Assembly (NCBI GenBank): GCA_963622735.1
Contig: CAVFIT010000050.1
Span: forward strand, 1 to 40,565
DNA: 40,565 bases
Direction of reading: 5' to 3'
From: Phocaeicola dorei
GTDB lineage: Bacteria > Bacillota_I > Bacilli_A > RFN20 > CAG-288
Both the position numbers and the translations under genes were made by a program. Numbering within the stretch: the first letter of the stretch is position 1; each line of letters begins with the position of its first letter. This document shows positions 1 to 8,438 of this stretch, piece after piece. The notes under the pieces were generated by a model that was not told the origin of the DNA, made no database searches, and worked only from the letters and a program-made list of their open reading frames with translations.

Positions 1-34
1 TAATAAAAGGTAACAGGGGTTTACTCTGTTACCT
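1..34 (-). terminator. Rho-independent terminator downstream of the oleate hydratase gene
   Basis: Perfect 9-bp stem AGGTAACAG (8-16) / CTGTTACCT (26-34) with a 9-nt loop. On the minus strand it sits right after the TAA stop (45-47) and is followed by TTTATTA. Confidence 0.55.
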
Positions 35-44
35 AATTCATTTT

Positions 45-1838
45 TTACTTAATTAATCCACTTTCTTTTAAAAGAAGTTCAATATCTGTATTTTTTACTT
101 TCTTCTTTAAAACTTTTAATGCTGCTTTCTCTTTTAATGATAATTTAACATCATCTAAAGATTTCTTATCAAGACCATAATATCCAGCTCTTAATAATTC
201 TCTTACATCATATTGACTACCCCAAACTTCAGGTACTGCTCTATCTATATTAAGTAATGTATATACAGCTTCCATACCTGTACGAATAGAATATTCTGTT
301 GTAAATATTGTATCTCGAGGAGTTTCTGCAAATTGACCAACGAAAGCAAAATTTACTGCACCATGAGGAACAACTAAAGGTCTATCTGAATTCTTTCTAG
401 GTTGGAAAAATGCATTAATATAAGGCATATAACATGTTGTAGTATTACATCTATTATTAGCGTAATCTTTAATCTTAGATTCGTCTATACCAATATGATA
501 TAACCATTCCATACATACTTCTGCACCAGTACAATCTTTCATAGCTTTTTTCACATAATTACCATTTTTATTAGTATTAAGTGAATATAACCAGATTAAT
601 ACACTGTTCTTATCTTGGGCTTTAAATTGGGGTTGACGGTTAATTGTCCATGATAAATACCAGTTATTTGTACTATCTTTAACAGTTACAATACCACCAG
701 TTGTAACTTTACCTTCTCTAGGATCTCTTTTACAAACTTTAATTATATGTTGTATGATTTCTTCATCAGAAGTTTGAACAGTAGCACTCATCCAGTTAGT
801 TTTATCAACATCTGAACAGAATTTCATAGGATTACCAAATTCACCATGTAAACTTTGTTTAGCGATGTTTTTCCACATATCCCATGATTCACCTACACCA
901 TTTTTAATCTTTGATAAATCAGGTGCTTCATTTTGACTACCATAACAAGAAGTATCTGTACAACAACCGTTAGTAATAATTACTAAATCATTTTCAGTTA
1001 ACTTATATTCTTTATTAACACCTTTTTCAACATATTGAATCTTTTTAGCAACTTTCTTTTTTTCAGTATTATCAATTACAACATTTTTTACATCAATACC
1101 ATATGTGATTTTAACACCGTGTTTTTCTAAATATTTAACAAGTGGTAAAATCATAGATTCATATTGATTATATTTAGTAAATCTTAAAGCACTAAAATCA
1201 GGAAGTCCATCAATATGATGTACAAATCTACAGATATATCTTTTCATTTCTAATGCACTTGACCATCTTTGGAATGCAAACATAGTTTGCCAGTATAACC
1301 AGAAATTAGTTTTCCAGAAACTTTCAGGTAATACTTCTTGAATTTGTTTATCTTCAAGTTCTTTTTCAGGTGTCATGAATAATTTAGTTAATGCAAGTGC
1401 TGACTTTTTATCTAACTTAAATAATCCATCTGTATGAGCGTTTTCACCTCTATTTATACTAGCACGGCATAAAGAAAAGTTAGGGTCTTTTTTATTTAAC
1501 CAGTAATATTCATCAAGTACAGAAATACCTGGAGTTTCAATAGACTCTACATCTCTATACATATCCCACATACATTCAAAGTGGTTATCCATTTCTCTAC
1601 CACCTCTCATGTAGAATCCCTTAGTTACATCTTTCCTTCCGTCACAAGATCCACCTGCAAGTTCAAGTTTTTCAAGAACGTGAATATTTTCACCCTTCAT
1701 TTGTCCATCACGAACTAGATAGAATGCAGCAGAAAGTCCTGCAAGTCCAGTTCCGATAATATATGCACTCTTATTATCAACACCCTCTGGTTTTAAAGGA
1801 TGTGCGAATGCTTCATAAGTTCCAGCTCCATAATACAT
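45..1838 (-). CDS. ohyA: Oleate hydratase (FAD-dependent fatty-acid double-bond hydratase, MCRA family)
   Basis: 597 aa. N-terminal MYYGAGTYEAFA, an FAD Rossmann motif IIGTGLAGLSAAFYL, and the family-typical GFYMRGGREMDNHFECMWDMYR block. AGGAGG RBS upstream of the ATG at 1838. Confidence 0.9.
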   Translation of the reverse strand: MYYGAGTYEAFAHPLKPEGVDNKSAYIIGTGLAGLSAAFYLVRDGQMKGENIHVLEKLELAGGSCDGRKDVTKGFYMRGGREMDNHFECMWDMYRDVESIETPGISVLDEYYWLNKKDPNFSLCRASINRGENAHTDGLFKLDKKSALALTKLFMTPEKELEDKQIQEVLPESFWKTNFWLYWQTMFAFQRWSSALEMKRYICRFVHHIDGLPDFSALRFTKYNQYESMILPLVKYLEKHGVKITYGIDVKNVVIDNTEKKKVAKKIQYVEKGVNKEYKLTENDLVIITNGCCTDTSCYGSQNEAPDLSKIKNGVGESWDMWKNIAKQSLHGEFGNPMKFCSDVDKTNWMSATVQTSDEEIIQHIIKVCKRDPREGKVTTGGIVTVKDSTNNWYLSWTINRQPQFKAQDKNSVLIWLYSLNTNKNGNYVKKAMKDCTGAEVCMEWLYHIGIDESKIKDYANNRCNTTTCYMPYINAFFQPRKNSDRPLVVPHGAVNFAFVGQFAETPRDTIFTTEYSIRTGMEAVYTLLNIDRAVPEVWGSQYDVRELLRAGYYGLDKKSLDDVKLSLKEKAALKVLKKKVKNTDIELLLKESGLIK

Positions 1839-1918
1839 AATAAAATACCTCCTTGTATTTATTTACATTTGTATTTTAATAAATATTTTAGAAAAGAAAA
1901 CTTATAAAATTTGAACAT

Positions 1919-1948
1919 TGTCAAATATTTTTACAAATGACAAATATT
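1919..1948 (-). promoter_or_regulatory. Candidate operator in the ohyA upstream region: two direct copies of an 11-mer
   Basis: TGTCAAATATT (1919-1929) and TGACAAATATT (1938-1948) match at 10 of 11 positions and start 19 bp apart. Each contains the AATATT palindromic core. They lie between the tetR stop and the ohyA RBS. The minus-strand TTGACA (1924-1919) could serve as a -35, but I could not place a matching -10 with confidence. Confidence 0.3.
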
Positions 1949-1959
1949 GTAAAAATTAA

Positions 1960-2520
1960 TTATCTTTTATTCATGTTTTCAATACAATTATCGATAGTAC
2001 CACTAAGTAAAGCGGATACTTTATCAACTATTTTCTTAGGATCTTGTTTCATATTCTTATCAACCCAATCTAAAACAATACTTACAAAAGAATATTTATA
2101 AAAATTAGTAATAAATACTTTATCTTCTTCTTTGATATTTTTCCCTTTAGATTTTTCATCTACAACACGATAAATAACTGGATATACTAACTTATATAAA
2201 TATTTAGATAATATTTCATGACTTACTGTATGATATATGTTATCTATAAATACTCTATCCTCATATATAAGATTAAATAAGGCAATAAACGCATCTTGCC
2301 AAGAAGAATATGATTTCTTATTTTCAAGTGCTTTATTACTAGATTCAATAGTAATCCATTCTACTAATGAAACAATATCAGGAAAATGATAATAAAATGT
2401 TTGACGTGTAATATCGGCTTTTTTTGCAATATCATTTATAGTTATCTTAGGAAGTGGTTTTTCAAGTAGTAGTTCTTTAAAGCTTGAAGCTATTTGTTTT
2501 TTAGTTGTAAGTTTTGACAT
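1960..2520 (-). CDS. TetR/AcrR-family transcriptional regulator (DhaS-like subgroup)
   Basis: 186 aa. N-terminal helix-turn-helix ITINDIAKKADITRQTFYYHFPDIVSLVEW is typical of TetR_N, followed by an all-helical C-terminal ligand domain. It sits immediately upstream of ohyA on the same strand. Confidence 0.85.
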   Translation of the reverse strand: MSKLTTKKQIASSFKELLLEKPLPKITINDIAKKADITRQTFYYHFPDIVSLVEWITIESSNKALENKKSYSSWQDAFIALFNLIYEDRVFIDNIYHTVSHEILSKYLYKLVYPVIYRVVDEKSKGKNIKEEDKVFITNFYKYSFVSIVLDWVDKNMKQDPKKIVDKVSALLSGTIDNCIENMNKR

Positions 2521-2544
2521 TTTATACCTCTATAATTATTTTTG

Positions 2545-2553
2545 ATTATATCA
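2545..2553 (-). promoter_or_regulatory. Extended -10 promoter element for the TetR gene
   Basis: The minus strand reads TGATATAAT (TGnTATAAT), about 25 nt upstream of the AGAGG RBS and ATG at 2520. It lies directly downstream of the terminator of the preceding operon. Confidence 0.45.
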
Positions 2554-2560
2554 CACATTG

Positions 2561-2598
2561 TAAAAACCCTTAAGTCTATTAAGTTTAACTTAAGGGTT
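2561..2598 (-). terminator. Rho-independent terminator ending the opp/metalloprotease transcription unit
   Basis: Perfect 11-bp inverted repeat AACCCTTAAGT (2565-2575) / ACTTAAGGGTT (2588-2598). The minus-strand stem runs into a T-rich tract (complement of A2562-2566), about 30 nt after the stop at 2629. Confidence 0.65.
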
Positions 2599-2628
2599 TA
2601 TTAAATAAGTATAATTTGAATATTTAGA

Positions 2629-4383
2629 TTAATCTAAAGTAATTTGAAGCTTACATGTATATCCATATGTATCATCTTCATCAATAGATAAGACCTTCAT
2701 ATTGTAATTACATGTTATAGAATCATCAATTTCAACAATTTCTTTACCTGCAGTTGTTCTACCTGTAATTGTTTTAGCTTTGTTCCATAAATTAGAACGA
2801 GAAGGCATATATTGACTAAATGCAGTACTGCTTAAATTGAATTTATGACCTTTACTAAATAAATCACTATTTGTAGCGTTATAGTTAGCAGAAGTCATCC
2901 AGTTAGAAGTAGAGCTACCATTAGATTGGATTAAAGAAACTAATGAATAATAACCTGTTTGTTTTTTACCAGAAGCATCTGTGTATGGGAATGTATCTGT
3001 AGCGTTAGAATTATTATTTCTTCCACCATAGGAATTATCAACTCTAAATTCTGTAGCTTCTTGACCGATTTTATCAGCATCAGAAACATAAGTATCATGA
3101 GGATATTTATCTTTAGATAAAGAATTATAAACTCTAGCATCAACATGTAAAATTCTTACACCAGGTTTTGTATAACCAGTAGTATTTTGATAACCATTGA
3201 TGTAGTCGTTTTTAGCTAAGCCTGTAGGACCAACAAGTTCTAAGATAAAGTATTCATCAAAAGCAGTACCATTATAATTAGGTGAAGCAAGCACTAATGA
3301 ATCACCACTATTTGTAAAGGCATTTAATGTAATAACAGCAGTCTTACCACCTTTTAATTGTTCTTCAGTTAAGATATATGGATTTGTCCAGCCTAATGTA
3401 AATTTAGAGAAAGCTGAATGATCACCTAAGTTTTGATCCATATAATCAACACTTCCCATAGGTTTCCATTTATTATTGTAATCATAATAATCATCTAAAC
3501 CGAAAGTATGACCTGTTTCATGGATAAATGTATGAGAATCATAACCATTACAGCCTTTAGACATAAAGCTAGTAGAAGCCCAGCCTAATGTTTTAACTGT
3601 AGGAGTATCTACATCAGCTTTTGTAGATGTATCATAAGTGACATAAGCCCACCAGTTGGAATTATAATCTTCAGGATAAGTATATACAATCCAGATTAAA
3701 TCCATAAAGCCATCACCATCAGCATCATAATAAGTAAATGGTTTAGCATTTTCACCTAATGCACCATGATTGTCTTTAGCATATTCTTGTAAATACCAAT
3801 TTCTACAATATTGAGCAGCATATACACCTGCATTTCCACTACAATCTGAATTAAATTGGCTAGCTGTACCATTATAGGTAATCCAAGGCATAACATCACA
3901 TTCAAATTTAGCCTTACCATAACTTGATTTAGTATAAAATGATTTAACTGAATAAGCTGTGTTATCAGTCTTTTCAGACATTACTTCATCACTAGCAGTA
4001 AATGTAGTAACAATTTTTTCTCTTACTTCTTCAGTAGCAGCAGTAGTCTTTTTATCATAATCAGATGTACCTGTTTGGAAAGTAAATGGAGCAACAAAAA
4101 CATGTTGACCACCTGTTGCAACAGGATTTAAATGAGGGCTATTTTGATTTCTATATAATGTATCTTGATTTAAATTAGCAGTTTTACCATCTTTTGTAGT
4201 ATAAGTAGTTTTACCTTTAGCTAAATCTTTTTCTGTTAAATCAGCTTTGATTTCAGATGAACTAGAAGATGAAGCTGAACTTGTTTGAGAAGAAATCACA
4301 CTACTAGTTGAATTATTACCACAGCTTGTAAGTGAAGCTAATACTACAAATACAGATAATGTTTTTAATAATTTCTTATTCAT
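2629..4383 (-). CDS. Surface lipoprotein, M6 (immune inhibitor A)-like zinc metalloprotease
   Basis: 584 aa. Signal peptide plus lipobox LASLTS-C-GNN, then a Ser-rich tether (SSASSSSSSE). HExxH zinc site in the context FIHETGHTFGLDDYYDY, which is the HExxHxxGLxDxY arrangement of M6-family peptidases. Confidence 0.65.
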   Translation of the reverse strand: MNKKLLKTLSVFVVLASLTSCGNNSTSSVISSQTSSASSSSSSEIKADLTEKDLAKGKTTYTTKDGKTANLNQDTLYRNQNSPHLNPVATGGQHVFVAPFTFQTGTSDYDKKTTAATEEVREKIVTTFTASDEVMSEKTDNTAYSVKSFYTKSSYGKAKFECDVMPWITYNGTASQFNSDCSGNAGVYAAQYCRNWYLQEYAKDNHGALGENAKPFTYYDADGDGFMDLIWIVYTYPEDYNSNWWAYVTYDTSTKADVDTPTVKTLGWASTSFMSKGCNGYDSHTFIHETGHTFGLDDYYDYNNKWKPMGSVDYMDQNLGDHSAFSKFTLGWTNPYILTEEQLKGGKTAVITLNAFTNSGDSLVLASPNYNGTAFDEYFILELVGPTGLAKNDYINGYQNTTGYTKPGVRILHVDARVYNSLSKDKYPHDTYVSDADKIGQEATEFRVDNSYGGRNNNSNATDTFPYTDASGKKQTGYYSLVSLIQSNGSSTSNWMTSANYNATNSDLFSKGHKFNLSSTAFSQYMPSRSNLWNKAKTITGRTTAGKEIVEIDDSITCNYNMKVLSIDEDDTYGYTCKLQITLD

Positions 4384-4439
4384 AATTTTTTCCTTTCTTT
4401 TTTTATTATTTTAAATTTCCTTATTAAAATATATTTAAA

Positions 4440-4889
4440 CTATGGTCTTAAATTATAATAAGGAATAAGTAAGAATAAACCAATAATTAAAAATATAGCT
4501 CCAACAATAAACATATACATAACATTTGGTTTATCTTTTTCACGCTTAAGTTCTTTATATTCAGCATAGTTTCTAGCAACTTTGGTCTCTTTTAAATCCT
4601 TATGGAAAGTTGAATAAAACACAACTTGAAGAGAATAAGTAAGCATATCAAATGCCCCTTGATAAGAACAATATACTAAAAAATAGCTCAATATAACTAT
4701 TAATCCTGATAATGAGAACCCATCAACTAAACACTTATAAAGAAAGTCTTTATTAGAATAATATTCTACACAAAATATTATAGTAAATAGTAATACACAT
4801 ACAATAAATGAGACTATTATTCCTATAATAAAGACTTTTCTTTTATCAGTATCTTTAACTTTATATGGTTTAATCTTGTTATCTTGCAT
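4440..4889 (-). CDS. Small polytopic membrane protein (possibly DUF3899-like), overlapping the end of oppF
   Basis: 149 aa with 3-4 hydrophobic helices (IIGIIVSFIVCVLLFTIIF, LSGLIVILSYFLVY, MYMFIVGAIFLIIGLFLLI). The ATG at 4889 overlaps the oppF stop (4879) by 11 nt, which implies co-transcription and translational coupling. The family assignment is from memory only. Confidence 0.55.
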   Translation of the reverse strand: MQDNKIKPYKVKDTDKRKVFIIGIIVSFIVCVLLFTIIFCVEYYSNKDFLYKCLVDGFSLSGLIVILSYFLVYCSYQGAFDMLTYSLQVVFYSTFHKDLKETKVARNYAEYKELKREKDKPNVMYMFIVGAIFLIIGLFLLIPYYNLRP

Positions 4890-6636
4890 AAACAGATTTA
4901 TTTTGTTTAAGTTCTTCTTTGTATTTTTCTTCTTCTACATCATTACATAATACAAAGTGACCTTTTTCAAGTTCTCTCATTGTAGGTTTTTGAGTTGAAT
5001 AATCATGTTCTAAGCTAGGATTATAAACAATTCTTTTTCTATTTGCTTCAACATTAGGATCAGGATAAGGAACAGCAGATAATAATGATTTAGTATAAGG
5101 ATGTAAAGGATGAGCAAATAACTCATCAGCAGTAGCAAGTTCTACTAAATTACCATAATACATAACCGCAATTCTATCACAGAAATATTTAACAACAGAT
5201 AAGTTATGAGCGATAAATATAATTGTTAAGCCTAAATTATTTCTTAAATCGTTAAGTAAGTTAATAACTTGAGCTTGAATAGAAACATCCAAAGCTGAAA
5301 CAGGTTCATCAGCGACAATTAATTCAGGATTCATGATAATAGCTCTAGCAATACCAATTCTTTGACGTTGACCACCAGAGAATTCATGAGGATATCTATT
5401 AGCATGTTCAGGAACTAAGCCGACTAATTTTAATACTCTTTCAACTTCTTTATTAATATATTCTTTATCATGAACACCTTGAATAGTTAAACCTTCAGCA
5501 ATAATATTTCTAACTGTCATTCTAGGATTTAAACTAGCGATAGGATCTTGGAAGATCATTTGAACTTTATTAGCGATATTTGTGGCTTTAGCTCTTTTAA
5601 TAGCTTGTTTATATTCATTATATTTGTTGTTATATTTTTCATAGACAACTTTAGCGTCTTGATAATCATTAATTAAAGAAGCATATTTTTGACTTACACT
5701 ATCTTTACTTTGCTTATCTTGACATGCAGATAATTCTTTTGAGTATTGATTATATTGATTAGAAAGATCTTTATATTTAGCTTTACTAGATTCATAGTTA
5801 GTGTTGTAATCATTAATAAATTCTTCATAATCTTTATTAACTTTTTCAACAGCTTGTTTAGAAATGTTTTTATTGTAATTTCTATCATCTTTTTTAGCTA
5901 ATTTGATTCTTTGCTTTTCAACAGAACAAATATCATGAGCCTTTTGTTTTTCATATAATACTTTTTCATCATAACTAGCTTTTAAAGCATCATATTTTTT
6001 AACATATTCTAACTTAGCATTTAAATTAGAATCTTGTTCTAATTGACTTGAACTAGGCTCTTTAATTTTAGAAAGGCTTCTATAATTAAATTGTTCATCA
6101 AAGTTATTAGTATATTCAATATTTAATTGATTAACTTCTTCATCAAACTCATTTTTAAATCTTTTTAAAGATTCTTTAAGTCTAATATTTGTAAACTTAA
6201 TTTCTTTTTCGTTCCATCTAGTACCTGCAGCGATTCTTATACCATCTAGATAAATATCACCAGAAGTGATTTTATATAACTTAAGAATATCTCTACCAGT
6301 AGTAGATTTACCACAACCAGATTCACCAACTAAGCCAAATACTTCACCTTTATAAACATCAAAAGATACATCATGTACAGCTTTTAAATATTTACTAGTT
6401 TCAGACTTAAATTTAAAGTATTGTTTTAAATGTTTAACTTTTAATAATAATTCAGCGTCAGTGTAATCAAATTGTTTTTGAAATTGAACAGGTTTAATTT
6501 CTTCTACATTAGTTTCTTTTGTAGTTTCTACATTTTTAGTAGCTGACTTAGTTTCTACATTTTTAGGAGTTGTAACTTTTTTAGTAGTTTTCTTTTTTGT
6601 TTGTTCTTCAACTACTTCTTTTTTAGCTTTAGCCAT
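4879..6636 (-). CDS. oppF: Oligopeptide ABC transporter ATP-binding protein OppF, with a Lys-rich N-terminal tail and an internal insertion of about 210 aa
   Basis: 585 aa. Walker A GESGCGKST, Q-loop QMIFQDP, signature FSGGQRQR, Walker B LIVADEPVSALD, and the oligopeptide C-terminal motif HPLHPYTKSLLSAVP. Its ATG shares one base with the oppD TAA (TAATG). Confidence 0.85.
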   Translation of the reverse strand: MAKAKKEVVEEQTKKKTTKKVTTPKNVETKSATKNVETTKETNVEEIKPVQFQKQFDYTDAELLLKVKHLKQYFKFKSETSKYLKAVHDVSFDVYKGEVFGLVGESGCGKSTTGRDILKLYKITSGDIYLDGIRIAAGTRWNEKEIKFTNIRLKESLKRFKNEFDEEVNQLNIEYTNNFDEQFNYRSLSKIKEPSSSQLEQDSNLNAKLEYVKKYDALKASYDEKVLYEKQKAHDICSVEKQRIKLAKKDDRNYNKNISKQAVEKVNKDYEEFINDYNTNYESSKAKYKDLSNQYNQYSKELSACQDKQSKDSVSQKYASLINDYQDAKVVYEKYNNKYNEYKQAIKRAKATNIANKVQMIFQDPIASLNPRMTVRNIIAEGLTIQGVHDKEYINKEVERVLKLVGLVPEHANRYPHEFSGGQRQRIGIARAIIMNPELIVADEPVSALDVSIQAQVINLLNDLRNNLGLTIIFIAHNLSVVKYFCDRIAVMYYGNLVELATADELFAHPLHPYTKSLLSAVPYPDPNVEANRKRIVYNPSLEHDYSTQKPTMRELEKGHFVLCNDVEEEKYKEELKQNKSVYAR

Positions 6637-8435
6637 TAGTTATTTCCTCCTTTCTGTTTTACACTATTTAAAATTGAATTCTTGTAATTTGAAGGACTTG
6701 GACAGTTTTCATAATTACATTCTTGTAAAGATTCTTTAATTCTATTGACTACGATTTTAGGTGCTTCAACATCAATTGCATTTGGATGTAATAACCATGT
6801 AGCAGCAAAGTGAGTATCACTTACTTTGAAAAATGGTGGTTGAGCAACAAAATCTTGTTTTAATGCATATTTATTTCTTAAAGCAAAGGCATCACCTTTT
6901 GGAGGTAATAACATGTTAGGAGGAGTGCCAGGAATAGCGTTAAGCTTTTCTTTTGTCTTTAAATCAGGCATAGATCCAAGTAAAGCCCAAGTATAAGGAT
7001 GTCTAGGATCATAGAAAATATCATAGACTGTTCCATATTCAACTATCTTACCTGCATACATAACTGCAATATCATCAGCCATGTTAGCAACAACACCTAA
7101 ATCATGAGTAATAAAGATAATTGATAAGTTCTTTTCAACTTTAAGCTTTTGAATAAGTTCAAGAATTTGAGCTTGAATAGTAACATCAAGAGCTGTTGTA
7201 GGTTCATCACAAATTAATACTTCAGGATTAGAAGATAAAGCGATAGCGATAACTATTCTTTGTCTCATACCACCTGAGAATTCAAATGGATATTGATTAT
7301 AACGTCTTTCTGGTTCATTAATACCGACTTCAGTTAATAATTCTAAAGCTCTTTGTTTACCTTCGGCTTTAGTCATACTTCCTTTTGAATCAATGACATT
7401 TTTTAAATAATTAATTTGAACCTTACTTGCGATAGAAGTTAATTCTTCTTTTGTCTTTGGTTGACTTACTTGTTCTAAATGATTAATTAATTCACTTGTT
7501 AATTGTTTAATAGCGTCAACATGTTCACTAGGTAAAGTTAATACTTCTCTAGATTGAGCTCTAATATTAGCAGGTAAATCATATACATCACTTACATTAT
7601 GTTTAGTTAATAATTCATTTGTCTTATTAATTAACTTTTCAGATTCTTTGATTTTGTTTAATAAATCTACTACTAAAGCATAATAAACTTGAATAGTATC
7701 ATCTGCTTCACTTGCTAAAGAGAATAAAGATTTATTTAATAATGATTTAATAATGCGTAAATCTTTTTTAAATGCATGAATATTAACATCTTTATAATTA
7801 ACATTATCTGCAAAATATGAAGTATTAAATTCATTTAACTTGTCTAATGCAGCTCTAGAACTAACTTGTTGTTTATCAATTTCTTGACTACAAGCTTTAA
7901 TAAAGAAATCTCTAGAATCATTTAAATTAAATGATTTATCTTCTTTAGTTAAACTAGAAGCGTATTCTTGTAATACATTAAAATCTTCTTTAGAAATTTT
8001 ACTTAAGATTTTATTTACTTTAGATAAATATTTTTTAGCGTTTTTTACTGTTGCTTTAGATTTTAAAATCATAGCTTCAGTAAGTTGCTTACCTACTTTC
8101 ATAATAGGATTTAAGCTTGAAAGAGGGTCTTGGAAGATCATTGAAATCTTAACACCTCTAATTTTTGTAAAGTCTTCTTCTTGTAATTTTAATAAATCTT
8201 TACCTTCAAAGATAATTTGACCATCTTCAACTATCTTATTATTGGCTAAAATACCTAAGATAGCTTTAGATGTAACAGATTTACCTGAACCAGATTCACC
8301 AACAATAGCAAGAGTCTTACCCTTATATAAAGAGAAAGAAATACCTCTAACAGCTTTAACTGTACCACCATTAGTTTTAAATGATATACGAAGGTTTTTA
8401 ACTTCGAGAACTTTTTCTTGTTGTTTTTGTTCCAT
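6636..8435 (-). CDS. oppD: Oligopeptide ABC transporter ATP-binding protein OppD, with an internal insertion of about 225 aa
   Basis: 599 aa. Walker A GESGSGKSV, Q-loop MIFQDPLSSLNP, signature FSGGMRQR, Walker B LICDEPTTALD, and C-terminal PRHPYTWALLGSMP. Confidence 0.85.
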   Translation of the reverse strand: MEQKQQEKVLEVKNLRISFKTNGGTVKAVRGISFSLYKGKTLAIVGESGSGKSVTSKAILGILANNKIVEDGQIIFEGKDLLKLQEEDFTKIRGVKISMIFQDPLSSLNPIMKVGKQLTEAMILKSKATVKNAKKYLSKVNKILSKISKEDFNVLQEYASSLTKEDKSFNLNDSRDFFIKACSQEIDKQQVSSRAALDKLNEFNTSYFADNVNYKDVNIHAFKKDLRIIKSLLNKSLFSLASEADDTIQVYYALVVDLLNKIKESEKLINKTNELLTKHNVSDVYDLPANIRAQSREVLTLPSEHVDAIKQLTSELINHLEQVSQPKTKEELTSIASKVQINYLKNVIDSKGSMTKAEGKQRALELLTEVGINEPERRYNQYPFEFSGGMRQRIVIAIALSSNPEVLICDEPTTALDVTIQAQILELIQKLKVEKNLSIIFITHDLGVVANMADDIAVMYAGKIVEYGTVYDIFYDPRHPYTWALLGSMPDLKTKEKLNAIPGTPPNMLLPPKGDAFALRNKYALKQDFVAQPPFFKVSDTHFAATWLLHPNAIDVEAPKIVVNRIKESLQECNYENCPSPSNYKNSILNSVKQKGGNN

Positions 8436-8438
8436 AAA

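Noticed and set aside
2940-3146. 68-aa ORF on the minus strand inside the metalloprotease gene
   Set aside because: It lies out of frame and entirely within a well-supported 584-aa CDS. Its composition is Ile/Leu/Met/Lys-rich, typical of off-frame AT-rich translation, and it has no RBS.
5694-5888. 64-aa ORF inside oppF
   Set aside because: It is embedded in an alternative frame of the low-complexity insert of oppF, and its K/I/L/N-rich sequence has no independent signals.
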